In this document: positions 39,201 through 52,100 of the stretch, piece after piece
How the letters are laid out: every line of letters starts with the position of its first letter
How positions within the stretch are numbered: the stretch's first letter is position 1
NCBI RefSeq assembly: GCF_963676685.1
Contig: NC_092345.1
Span: forward strand, 106,578,001-106,642,000
Length of the DNA stretch: 64,000 nt
Reading direction: 5' to 3'
From: Mytilus edulis
Lineage: Eukaryota
Position numbers and translations under genes: made by a program
The notes under the pieces: generated by a model
Told to the model about the DNA's origin: nothing
Seen by the model: the letters and a program-made list of their open reading frames with translations, nothing else
The model's database searches: none

Positions 39201-40995
39201 TAGTCTTTTGAACCCAATTTCACGGTCTACTGAACATAATAAATGAAAATGGGAGTTTCAGGTTAAAGTTTTTGGTCAAGGTAGTTTTTGATGAAGTTGA
39301 AGTCCAATCAACTTGAAACTTAGTACACATGTTCCATATGATATGATCTATATAATTTTAATGCCAAATTAGATTTTTTACCCAATTTCACGGTCCATTG
39401 AACATGAAAAATGATAGTGCGAGTGGGGCATCCGTGTACCAATATTTGTTTTCCCTTTAAAAGTTTGGTAATTAGTGAAATCTATTTTCAAACAGCATTT
39501 ACCTTCAAGTTTGTCATTCTTTGTTGTCTGCACCTATTTTATGAAACCCTAGCAATGCTGTATGAAATTTGTAGGATTTGAAATTAATTAATTCCATAAA
39601 TGTGATAGCATGTGCTCTGTATTTTTTAAACAGATTTCTGAAGGAAGATAATGGTTATTAATTTAGTGATGTGCAGGTGTGGCTGGGCAATAACTTGAAT
39701 GCTTTGACCTTTTTTTTTTAAATTTAGAAATGTTTTTTTTCTGTGACGTTATGAAAGTCGAGATTAATTTTCATGAATTTTGCTGTTTTCATTGTTGAGT
39801 AGCCAAGAGTGATATTTAAGCATTGTCCAGGCAATGGTTTGAACACTCTTTGAAGAATTCTTTTTAAATCAAGACATGTTGTGTCTTGAAACAAAATGAA
39901 GGTCAAGTTTAATTTTTTAGATTTTAGCTTCTATCACTGTTTAAAGTTGTAATCAATTATTCAGGTAAAGAACACCCATGAAGAAGCAGCTCCAGCTCCA
40001 TATACCAATGTAGTGTCAGTAATATTCAACAATGGATTCCGTCTGTCAGGAACAACTTCTGGTGGTAATGCCCTTCTCATTGAAGTCCAAGGTCAACAGT
40101 TCTCTGTACCTGCCTCACTAGTTGATGTAGCTTTACTCTTCAAAGGAACTGGTAACCCTCAGTTACTACCAACTGTAGCAGGTTAGTATTACTCAAAACT
40201 CTCAATTAACAACAGAAAGAAGAGTTCAATTTGTACAAGTAGACAAAGAATTTTAGTCTTAGCTACTGGTTCTAATTAAATCAAGCTCACTGTACCTACT
40301 CTGGTGATGTAACAATCTTGGTAAAATTACCTGTTGTATTTCATAACAGATATCATACAGTAATTATCAATTAGCGGACATGACAAATACATCTTGTGTA
40401 GTTCTCAATGTAATTATGTGAAAAAGATAGATGAGGTCAACATAAGGAGGATTATACAGATCCTTATCACTATTTTACCAAACTTTTCCTTGATGGTTAC
40501 TGACTGATAATTTTTTTTCTCAGTCAGTAGAGTGGTATGAAAATGCTAGAAACTTAGGGTGCATATGATGTCATAGATAAAATAGCAATAAACAGATTAT
40601 CATTGGTCATCTCAATGCCACTGCTTTTCTCACTTTCACTGTACTGCCTCAAGCAAGAAAATCAATTAATGTTGAGATGGCCAATCATAATCTATAAAAA
40701 CAGTGTATATTTTAAATTAACAGGCTATATATAGCTTGAAATAGACAATGTTTAATATAGGATATAAAAAAGACACCTTATTTGACATTATATATATGGA
40801 ACCTGAATGACATTTATGAAATATTTCTTTTTAGGAGCTTTGGCTAGTGCTGGAATGTGTGTATCAAGTTTGACAGTTTCCGTTGAGAATGATGGACAGA
40901 AATGGGGTGTGGCAACTTTTGCCACACCTCCAACAGAAAAATGTCTGGAAGTTTTGAAGACAATTGTAAATGCTGCAGTCCTTGTAACTCTATGA
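30225..40995 (+). CDS. PHGDH: D-3-phosphoglycerate dehydrogenase, 533 aa
   Basis: Exons 30225-30359, 31614-31765, 32315-32380, 34316-34472, 35291-35423, 36617-36918, 37342-37474, 38530-38675, 39965-40181, 40835-40995. All GT-AG with consistent phases; total 1602 nt. Motifs: [30 protein letters not shown] (NAD binding), [26 protein letters not shown], followed by ASB- and ACT-like C-terminal regions. Confidence 0.96.
32341..33745 (+). repeat. 47-bp minisatellite x~30 made from the PHGDH exon 3 donor junction
   Basis: Unit GCTGAACATACTTGTACATTGATTTGTGCTTTATCAAG|GTAAATACT. The first copy is the real exon end ([13 protein letters not shown]). Period is 47 (32380, 32427, 32474, 32521, ...). Confidence 0.95.
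34543..34876. repeat. 67-bp tandem repeat x5 (PHGDH intron 4)
   Basis: TGATCCCTACAAGATATATACAGGCTACAC...CCAAGAATTC at 34543, 34610, 34677, ... Confidence 0.93.
35707..35865. mobile_element. GC-rich MITE, 5-bp TSD CTAAT
   Basis: CATAGGCGGATCCAG ... CTGGATCCGCCACTG. The adjacent duplicated segment shows the empty site GATCTAATAGAG. Confidence 0.9.
36032..36460. repeat. Abundant interspersed repeat (AAGAAGATGTGGTATGATTGCCAATGAGACAAC family); partial copies at about 4900, 7800, 28390, 32000, 38000, 61375, 62155, 63315
   Basis: The same motif and downstream ACGGCCTTCAAC segment recur many times in both orientations. Probably SINE-like; class not determined. Confidence 0.75.
37502..37822. repeat. 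~32-36-bp minisatellite x~9 just downstream of PHGDH exon 7
   Basis: TAATTATC(CC)TCCCTTTACAACAGTAAATTCATG repeated. Confidence 0.9.
38690..39441 (+). mobile_element. Helentron-associated (HINE / pearl-like) element with 4 internal ~169-bp repeats
   Basis: 5' TTATGCCCC...GGGGCATTAT hairpin and TCCGTCC remnant; units start CAGGTTAAAGTTTTTGGTC at 38752, 38921, 39090, 39258; 3' GGGGCATCCGTGTAC. Confidence 0.8.
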
Positions 40996-41779
40996 GAACA
41001 ATATGTAGTTTTATTTTAGTTATTTGTAAGAACCATGGATTGGTCTTAAGATATATGCAAGTCTAAATGGAAGAAAAATTCAGGTTATTATTTACTTTTG
41101 AGACAATTATAAAAATTATGAAAATAGGGCAATTAATCACACACACACACATATATATTATTGCATGTTTTGTTATTATATTAGTTATTAAAAGTATAGG
41201 TGCTATGTTCGATCTCAATATTCATGATATTGAATTTTTTTTTTTTTTTCATTTTTTTCCCTGTATTTGCAGTATCCTTATGCTTGACAAATAATTATTA
41301 GGGCTAACTTTTGTTTGTGTCAGGATCCATTTTTCTGAAAAATCAAGATTTTTGTAATTTTTAAGATATTAAAATGCTAATTGTTGATATGGTTTTGTTT
41401 CATATATTATTTTTATAAAACATTTTGATTTTCATAAGCATCCCCTCATAATGAAAGATCCTTAACAGTTTGATGTATAAGTCATATTTTCAAAAACCTA
41501 AGCCAAAATATTGTGATTGTCTGATTATGTCTTCCAATCATTGAATAATCAACCAATGATGTAGTAGTATAGTCATTACAAATAGGGAAAATAATCCACA
41601 ATCTGTTATGTTTAAAAATTAATACTAAGTGTAGTAAGATGTCAGAACAAGCATTCTTATGGTTTATTACTTTTTGTATGAAACAGAATGCCATTAAAAT
41701 TTATAAATTGGCTTAACTTTAGAGACTTAATACAAAATTGGTTGCATTTAATAAAAGAATTGTTTGAATGATTACTATT

Positions 41780-41905
41780 TTGTTTACATTGTGATAATTT
41801 GGTTACATTGTAATGATTTGGTTACATTGTAATAATTTGGTTACATTGTAATGATTTGGTTACATTGTAATAATTTGGTTACATTGTTAAGTTTGATTAC
41901 ATTGT
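41780..41905. repeat. 19-bp minisatellite x~6
   Basis: TTTGGTTACATTGTAAT(A/G)A repeated. Confidence 0.85.
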
Positions 41906-42145
41906 GATATACTTAAAAAATATTTTGCATTGCAATGAGGTTAATATATTGTTCATCTAAACATAGTCACCTCATTATTCAGACTAATGACAAATATAAG
42001 CTGCAACAGCTGTGAAGATTGGTTGTGTATTTTCATTAGAATCATTATTATTTTTAAAATATAAGGACCAATTTATTAATCTTAAAGATTTTATTACGAA
42101 ATTCAATCCATAATTAAAATGATGGTATATTAATAGTTCATAATA

Positions 42146-42430
42146 TAGGGTTATTGCATGAATATTGGGGAAAATTGTAGAATTTTATATTGCACGAGCT
42201 TGCAAGTGCAATATATGTTCTACGAGGGACAATATTCCCCAATATTCATGCAATAACTCTTTTATTGTATAGCAATATAATATTTGAAAGTAAAAATTGG
42301 ATTAAACTAGATTTTGTCGTTGATGACGTCATGAATTTTGGCGATTTATTGCACTAGTGCAATATTGGAATTTATTGCAGGCTAACTTTTGGTAACTTTC
42401 TGTGGGAAATATTATATTGCTATGCAATAA
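42146..42430. mobile_element. Foldback/MITE-like repeat, inverted copy of 5254-5546
   Basis: Reverse-complement match and internal inverted repeats. Confidence 0.7.
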
Positions 42431-45400
42431 TATATGTTATTTGGTACAGAATTATAGAGCCAAATTCTGTTTTTGAAAGCAGTATTGAAGCTTGAAGGTG
42501 TTGGTATGTAAGGTCATTTGACCAGTATTAAAGCATTAAGGTGTGGGTGGAAAGGTCACATAACCAGTGTACTTAATGTTATCGTTTATTTCTGATTGAA
42601 TCTCACAAGTTATGCATACTCAAGATATATTTTACGGATTTTTACATTGATATTTTTGATTCCATGAAGCATTAATTTCATTGAGGATGATGAAAACAGT
42701 TGTTACATTATCATTTTTGTTCTCAAATTATCTTTTTCTTTTCACTAAATATGTACCATGAATTTTCAGCAAGTACATCAAAACTCTTTTGTGTTAAAGT
42801 AGTGTACCTATTTTGGACTTTCTGTAATCTGTATTGAGAAATCAATTGGAAAACACTTTTATACAGTATATACAAAATTTCTTTGGGACAGTTAAAAAAA
42901 ATCATATAAAGCCTATAGAGGAAATCACCAGGAATTAAAAATTTAGTAAAATTTAATAAATATACATTTTGCCTAGTTTGGATTGGGATTTTTTTTTTTA
43001 TTTACCAAGTTTTTTACGAATCTGTGTCCCCAGTGTGTTGGTTTATATTTTGGTGAAACTGTTGACTAGTTTGTTATATTTTGTTATTTTGTGAGCAAAT
43101 GAAGAAAGTTGAGCAATAATTTTTGTAATCTAGTCTTTTAATATCTATACTGTTTTGTTTGTAAACTGTATACATTATGATCATCAATTAAACATTAATA
43201 AATAGAGAATATCATATGGCTTTTTCAATATCGCATCTGTATCAACCAGAGACACCAATATAATCCCAAGAGCTCTGCTCGAGGGATTATATTGGTTGAG
43301 GGTTGATATGGTGTGTGATATTAAAAAAAGACATATCATATACACTTTATTATATACATATACCTCAAGTAGATGTTTTTTATGTAACATGACGTCATAC
43401 AGATTATAGGTTTGACATGACGTCATACATATTAGGGATTTGAAAGCCTTTGCAACAGTGACTGCAATCGATGACGTGACGTCATACAGATTAAAGGTGT
43501 GATAAAGCTTTTGCAACTGTGCTGATATCGATATCATCATGGGTGGCTGATACAGCACGCTTGCCAATGATTGTATTACACATACAATTTATCTGTATTT
43601 ACTACTAAGTATATAATAAGAACAGTTTATTAAAGCAGCCACTACCAAAGAGGACATGAGGCTTGAGGCTGATATTAAAACATTTAAATTTAGGGTTAAC
43701 TAATTGCTAACCAACTGTAGTTGTTTGGTTTGATAAAGACAGATAATTATCACATATTGATTTGTACTGTTTACTCTCATAATAGTTAACATTATTAAAG
43801 CTGTTACACAAATTCAAAAGTAAAATGTAAAATAAATATTTTATGTATGACTGTGTTCACTTGTGCCTATATTTTGTAATTTCAAGAACTTGTTTTCGTT
43901 ATTGCCATTGTTCTTGATGTCTGTTTAAACAATAAACATCAGACTGAATATTTGAACAATCATTTGTTATGTTATTGATTAGGACGATAATATATAAACA
44001 AAGGGGAATACTAAGTGTAAACAATGAAATCGCAAGCCAATGCAAAGAAACCCAAACCAACAAAATACAGCTAGTCTAAGAGATGAACATCAAACTACAG
44101 ACTTTAATACTGATATTTGCTGCTTCTCTGCTTGGTTTGTGACATACAGTGTTCAGAATCAAAATGTTTCCTGCAGACCTTGTGAACTAGCACTTCAGAA
44201 ATATGGCTCAGTGAGTTTGCTTAAGCATGTTCTTGTCTAAAATGTTCTTTAAGTTGGCCACTGGACATTAAAGAACCATACATTAACACAAATACAAATC
44301 TAAAAATAAATTAAATATCCTTACATGTATTTGCTTTCTGTATTGATTTTCCAAAGACATAACAAGGGACCCCCAATAACTGGGGAAACATATTTTAGGT
44401 CATTTAAGCCTATAATCTTGATTAAGCCTATTATCTTGAAAAATATTTTACACAAAAAGTAGAACATTAACAAAGGTCAGCCATACAACTTTAAAAAACA
44501 CCCATAAAGGATAAAATTTGACTGAATCCATGAGTTGAGTCCTTTCCATAAATGACAATTTGTATCTTGTAGAGTTTCTTCCAATTATCTTAGAACTATT
44601 GCAGATATGACAGAAACTGAAACAATTCACAGAAACACTAGAACGATGAATGTGCCACCAGTCACATGATCTATTTTAGTGACAATAAACATTGTGTTTT
44701 ATAAGTTGAATAATAATATTAGGTAGAAAGAGTGCCAAAACAGCAAGTTCACAAATTTCTTAAATTTGTAAAGGGACATTACTCCAGAACATTGTAAGTG
44801 AATCTCAAATTCTATCTAGATTTGTGTGTGATAGTTACTAGCATTGTGTATAAGGTTCATAACATTTTGTTGAGACAGAAAAATTTGAGAACAGAAACAC
44901 ATTTTGGGTTGATCACCAATACAGACACATGACCTTTCTCCTATGAGGGCATAAAAATATGTCCATGACCCTGCCGGCCAACCTACATGGTATCAATAGA
45001 ATATAGGGTTATATATTTGTGATGTCTTTTACTTTGAAAACCTCTTCAAACATATAGAAAATCTGACAGGGACAGAATGGTTAGATCTGCTTTACTATTC
45101 ATTAAAATCTGACAGGGACAGAATGGTTAGATCTGCTTTACTATTCATTAAAATCAAAAGTGCATTACAACTTCTCATTGGAGTTATTGCCCTTTAATTG
45201 CCAATTTGACAAAGCTATCATATTTCAGGAAGTATTCCAAACAAATAATGCTATTTAAATTAAAATGTGAGTTTTTAATTTTGTGGAATCTATTCCATTA
45301 AATTTCTGGATCTAGTCACTTATTATAAATGCTTCCTTTTCGCATTATTCTGTTATGGTGGCTCTTAAAAGTGATACAGCCCTACTTGTAAATGCATTTC

Positions 45401-45771
45401 AGGTGCAATGCCCAGTGAATGAAATAAATAAAAGTCAAGTGAGAATCTAATTTTTACTGCATGAAAATATACACATGAATAAGAAATAACAATCTGTAAT
45501 AAAATAGATATGACAAAAATAATAACATGATCACAGTTTCCTCATGATGAACAAAAATAGTCCACAAAATATATCCCCTCATTATATTTAACATTGTTAA
45601 ATATGTGTTTGAATTAGAATCACTATATAGTATTAAATATTACATGATGGAAGTATTGATAGATAGATGCAAAGTACTGAAAAAATATTTATAATTGCCA
45701 TTTTAGACTTTTAAAAAGAGTTTAACTGTAAATAAACTCTTCATAGATACCAGGATTGAAATTTTATATTT

Positions 45772-45816
45772 ACACCAGACACACTTTTCGTCTACAAAAG
45801 ACTTATCAGTGACACT
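45772..45816 (-). ncRNA. Degenerate minimal type-I hammerhead ribozyme of the Penelope-element type
   Basis: Minus strand reads GTGTCA-CTGATAA-GTC TTTTGTA GAC-GAAA-AGTGT-GTC-TGGTG. This is the CUGANGA/GAAA/GUC core layout, with a substitution in the core (CUGAUAA) and a weakened stem III. Confidence 0.55.
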
Positions 45817-48814
45817 CGACTTAAACAATATTAAATAGGTCAAATAAAGTACAAAGTTGAAGAGCATTGAGGACTAAAAATTCAAAGAAGTTTTGCCAAA
45901 TACAGCTAAGGTTCAACAAATGGTTAGAATTGATAACAAAGAACAGTTCATCTGTACGACAGTAATGCTATAAGACTTCATCTGTACGACAGTAATGCTA
46001 TAAGACTTTTGTTTTACTTTCATTATGCTCCCTATAAAAATTTCAGGAGCATATAGTAAATTGCTTTGTCCAATAGTTCCTCCTTCCATGCATCTAAAAT
46101 AAAGGGTCCGAAACAAAGTTTCCAGATGGAAACTAGTACACCTATTTCTTAATTGGGATGAAACTTATAAAGATGGAAGATATGAGGGGGGAAGCCCATT
46201 GGACTTGGGTTTAATAGGTAAAAACTAAAGTTCAGTTACTAAAATACAATTCTATTTAGGGTTGGGGAGGGGAATGGTTTCTAGAGGTAATTTGAGTTAC
46301 CTTTGCTTGGTTTGAAATAAAACTTATACCGCTGGCATATTAAAGAAAGGGTAAAGGCCTATGGATTTTGAAGTCAAAAGTTCAAGTCAAGGTCACTATT
46401 ACTAAGTATATAAACATATGAAAAATGGTTTCAATATGGTAACAAGTTTCCCATGCTTGTTGGAATGACATTAATATAGATGAAATATTTAGGGAATGGG
46501 AAGATGCCTATTGATCTTTTGATCAAGAGGTTACAGGTCAAGATCACTGTTACTTAAATAGATTTTTTGTTTTAATTTCCTGTTGGTATCCCACTATATA
46601 TTGTTAAACAAAAACACAGGTATTTATTCAGGCAAATCAAGAACATATTTATTTGTCCTTCCAAGCATAGGAATATTGACTTTTGAAATTAAGTTATTTG
46701 TTTTCATTGGTGTTCAGTTTAGGTAGCTTTATTTTGCAGTACAAGCTTTTTATTTATTTCGGTTGCTTAGCTTGGATTAATCCACTATACCTGGAAATAT
46801 TATTAAAGAAGTAAAAACATTGCCAACGGTAAAATTGTATAGAATTTATTATGTACAGGACAGATCTATATGATTTGGACCATGACATTCAGTGGTCAAT
46901 AAAAGAACATTACAGGAGTCAATAAAAGAGGACAACATTACAGTAGTCAATAAAAGAGGACAATATTACAGTAGTCAATAAACATATCAATTCATATGAG
47001 ATTTCGTTATATATCATGGTTTCTATCATCTCATCTTGGTCCTTTTTAACTACAAAATTGTAAACCATAAGTACAGTACACTCCTCTTCTGATAGGACAT
47101 TCCTATATGAGCAGGACTTTATGTATAAAGATTCTTTAAATCTTACATATAGAGCACTATCATTAAGCCTTTCTATCTTAATTACAAAAAATAAATCCCC
47201 CCACACAAAAAAATAATATGTGTAAATTCAAAAATAAATTCATTTTATTTATCAATGCTATAAAAATTGAACCATAATAATGATGATTTAAAACATGCAT
47301 TTTTATTCAGTTTATGCATATTTTTATAAAGGTTGAATTGTTCTTATTTTTTGGGAAACTAACATTTATGAACAAACATAACAATTTCCCAATTTACACA
47401 AGTTTTAGAATACTATTATCCCTCACTGAAGCATTAATGAAACATACACAATATTGTTATATACAGCAAGTAGTTTACACTTTCTCAATGTAAATTGAAT
47501 TGAATGACCATTTTATATTTAGTGAAAATAATTCTATAGACAAAAAACATGTTGTGCAATTTTACCAACAATAACAGATATAAAATAAATGAACTGTTTT
47601 GAAGTGTGGATCTAGCAAATCATTTAATTGATAATGTTATTTAATTGCGAGGGCATTTCTGTTTTTCTCTCAAACAAATGATGGTAAACATTAGCTTTAT
47701 TTTTTAAGAGGGCATTTATTCATTCTGATGTCTTTTTAAACGCCCAAAATTGTTGATGTAAATCTACAAAAGCCTAAATTTTCAAATTTTTCAAAGTATA
47801 AATCTTACACATTCATATAAAGATGGTATGGATAAACAATTTTAACAAAAATCTATATTAATGTTGAAATAATGATACATGACAAAACATTTGTGACACA
47901 AAAATATTTTAACAACTATATCACTGGTTTGAATAGGGAAAACAACCATAAATTATCCATGGACAAAATATTGACAAATAAAATGATTGTTTTTTGCTCA
48001 ATGTCCAGTGACAACATTTCATACAAATTATGGACGATACTTTTTAAGTTTTTGTACATTGGATAAAGAAAATCTTAATGAATTAAGATATAATTTATCC
48101 TTCAAGCAATCACTTTGCTAACAGAATTTCAACCTTTTTTCTGTGTAATTCATTTGGATAAGAGAAAACTTGAGAATAAGCATTAAACTGAGTTACAATC
48201 TAGGCAGATTTGTAGTTGACTTCCAGAAAGGTTTATTGCCAAAACTATATATTGCCATACATTGTAGCTCTCCTAACAACTTTTTTGGAAAGAAAAATCA
48301 GATTATTTATAATTTGTCCTGAAAACAACATCAGCTGTCATACGAGCAAAACACATTTTGAAAATGGCAGATTACATAGAAAATACATTGAAGTTGCTCA
48401 AATATATTTCTAATGTGTATAAAAACGACTAATATTTATGATCACTGTTTCTTCCATCAAAATAATATTATTTTTAGTATTATTTTACATCAATAAATAT
48501 GACTTCAAAGAGAAATGGTGTGAATGTGACAGCAATCCAACAACATCACGTTGACAGATTGTGTATTACATGCTAGGCATTGTCTATAACAGACTAGGAT
48601 GTCTGTTCAAATTTAGTTCCTAGAAATTTCTTCAAAGTAAAATATTCATAAATTAATAAAGAAAATATCATATGAATAAAGAATGATGTTAATACTTCTG
48701 AGAACATAATGAAATACCAGTCATTCAAAATTCTCAGAAATTTCTCCCTCAACTAAATCATGTTGTACATTGCTTCTTCTGATTGTAAGAGTTCAGAAAA
48801 CGAAAGAAAACTTC

Positions 48815-48910
48815 AATTGTCCAGCATTAACTTTAATTGTCCAGCATTAACTTTAATTGTCCATCATTAACCTTAATTGTCCAGCATTAACTTTAATTGT
48901 CCAACATTAT
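48815..48910. repeat. 20-bp minisatellite x~4.5
   Basis: TAATTGTCCAGCATTAACTT repeated. Confidence 0.85.
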
Positions 48911-49182
48911 CACATAGACATGCTTCCTCAGGATTTGTACAAACACAAATGTAATAATAAAAACATTATATTCATTACCTCAAAGTTCATATAACACATA
49001 ATTTAACCTGGATGTGTACCAGTTTTGTATACAGATATTTGAGACAAAAAAATAAAACATTTGCATGTCTGTGATCTTTGACCTGAGATATGGTATATAT
49101 TTCGTCATTCAGATAGATATCCTAGCATCAGATATCGTCAAATTTTTCAATTGCACTTTTGCCCTCTCTCAACATTGGTAGG

Positions 49183-52100
49183 CTATTTCTTGTGATCTTC
49201 TTTGTAATTGTTGACGACATCATCATAAGTGGGAGGGACTGTTGTGTTGTAACCATAGACACCAGTAGGGGGCGGGGTTCTGTAATACTCTGCTTCTGTA
49301 ATATCATCTCTATATCTTTCACCCTATATAACACAATAAGTATTAAGAAAAGCATCAATTTTTATTTATATTATTTTGTAGTATCTTTAACATTGGATAC
49401 AATTGCTAATTCAAGTGAGCATGGAATGAATATGGTCAGTTTGTTGTAATGATTCTGTTGACACAAGTGATGCCCAATGTCTTTGACTTTGAGGAAATAC
49501 CAAAATTTGGTGAAATACCGTTGCAAATATTTTCAGTGCATCACTTATTCACCATGAAATATCCCCTACTTAAGGTGGTACCCAACACTTTCACTAAAAT
49601 TAATTTGGCTCGTTTAATTTTCATAAAATTTTGTCAAAGTATTTACTTTGACGTTTTAATAAAAATATAAAAATTTCAAAAATTTTGAACCAACCGTTTT
49701 ATCAGAAAAATTACACTGGTTATATAGCAGTTTGATAAACACCAATTTTGATCATTGAGAAGCTTAATATTCCCTTTACAACACAACGTAATTAAAACGT
49801 TAAGCTGACTTTACAGAGTTATCTCCCTGTAGTGTTAGGTACCACCTTAAGTGTTCTGTCGATAGAAGTAAATCTATTGTACTGAATGCCTTTCTCAAAA
49901 TTTGTTTCTAATAAATGAAACTCCATGATTGTGGTTTGACAAATGTTTGAAGCAACTTTACAAACTGGAATTATGAAACTGGACTTTATTTAAGCTGTAA
50001 ATAGTCACAATTGAGGTACATGTATGTCTTAGGCTATTACAGGAGGTACATGTATGTCTTAGGCTATTACATGTACATGTATGTCTTAGGCTATTACAGG
50101 ATTTCTCATGAGGTACATGTATGTCTTAGGCTAGTACATGTATGTCTTAGGCTATTACAGGATTTCTCATGAGGTACATGTATGTCTTAGGCTATTACAG
50201 GATTTCTCATGAGGTACATGTATGTCTTAGGCTATTACAGGATTTCTCATGATAACTGTATAATTATAGTAAATAGTCACAATTGAGGTACATGTATGTC
50301 TTAGACTATTACAGGATTTCTCATGATAACTGTATAATTATAGTAAATAGTCACAATTGAGGTACATGTATGTCTTAGACTATTACAGGATTTCTCATGA
50401 TAACTGTATAATTATAGTAAATAGTCACAATTGAGGTACATGTATGTCTTAGGCTATTACAGGATTTCTCATGATAACTGTATAATTATAGTAAATAGTC
50501 ACAATTGAGGTACATGTATGTCTTAGGCTATTACAGGATTTCTCATGATAACTGTATAATTATAGTAAATAGTCACAATTGAGGTACATGTATGTCTTAG
50601 GCTATTACAGGATTTCTCATGATAACTGTATAATTATAGTAAATAGTCACAATTGAGGTACATGTATGTCTTAGGCTATTACAGGATTTCTCATGATAAC
50701 TGTATAATTATAGTAAATAGTCACAATTGAGGTACATGTATGTCTTAGGCTATTACAGGATTTCTCATGATAACTGTATAATTATAGTAAATAGTCACAA
50801 TTGAGGTACATGTATGTCTTAGGCTATTACAGGATTTCTCATGATAACTGTATAATTATAGTAAATAGTCACAATTGAGGTACATGTATGTCTTAGGCTA
50901 TTACAGGATTTCTCATGATAACTGTATAATTATTTCAGATAGAATTTAATATGATGTCTGTTTGATACTGTGTATAAAGCAATGACGTACATTTGTGCAA
51001 GTGCCAAACAGGCTGTTTATGTGAGTGTGAACCTTATCAAAAATGTCTCAAATGTGCTTCTCAGGAGTGGACCATACATAGTGTTATGAATCATTTAATT
51101 TTCAATTGAGGGTTGTACAAAAAAATGTATGTTATTTAGATTCTCAATGACTAACATGTGCAAAATGAATAACTTTTTGACAATAAACTATATAGGTAGG
51201 TTGTATGACTTAAGATCATACATGTGCCAGAGGTGGCTGTTTTTGATTGACAGCAAACTGTTTATAGATCTTTATAGACTGATTATGATTTTATATGTGC
51301 CCAAGATTGCTATTTGTACTTATGTACTGTATTATTAGCGTCCAGCTCAATTTTTATGTGTCCAGGACACATGTATGCCTCTTAATGAGAATTGTGGAAT
51401 ATAGGTTGGGTTTGACTTACATGTGTCAGAAATTTCTGTTTGTTCAACAATTAACTGTATATAGGTTGGGTGTGACTTACATTTGCCAGGGATGGCTGTT
51501 TGCTTGACAATGGACTGTATATAGGTTGAGAAGTACCAATAAAGATTCGACTGTCTCTGTATCTTGTCTTCCATAAACATAAACACATGGACAGCAGTAC
51601 AAGGAAGAAAATTATACCACACCTACAATGATAAATATATAGACATTGATAACAGAACCGGCATGAGAAAAGTAGTTTATCATGTCTATAGCATGTTTTA
51701 AAGCTATATAAATATATATATACAGACACATATCATATAATGTCTTACCAGAAATACCACAGTTCCCACACTGTATATGACACACAACACATAATGTCTT
51801 ATCAGAAATATCACAGTTCCCAAACTTCATATGACACAAAGCACAAAATTTCATACCAAGAATACCACACAGTTCCCAAACTGTATACATGTACGACACA
51901 CAGTATATATTGTCCTCACTACTAGAAATACCACAGTTCACAAACTGTATATGACACACAGAATATATTGTCTTACCAGAAGTGCCACAGTTCCCAAACT
52001 GTATACATGGTATATGACACACAGCACACACTGTCTTACCAGAAAAACCATAATTACCAAACTGTACATGCTGTATATACATATGACATGCAGTACAAAA

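Noticed and set aside
19606-40995. PHOSPHO2 next to PHGDH as a metabolic (PLP/serine) gene cluster
   Set aside because: They are separated by 8 kb of transposon debris. I see no shared regulatory evidence and recall no conserved linkage.
49128-49449. ORFs 49128-49358 (minus) and 49159-49449 (plus) as genes
   Set aside because: Off-frame and antisense shadows of the last VOPP1-like exon.
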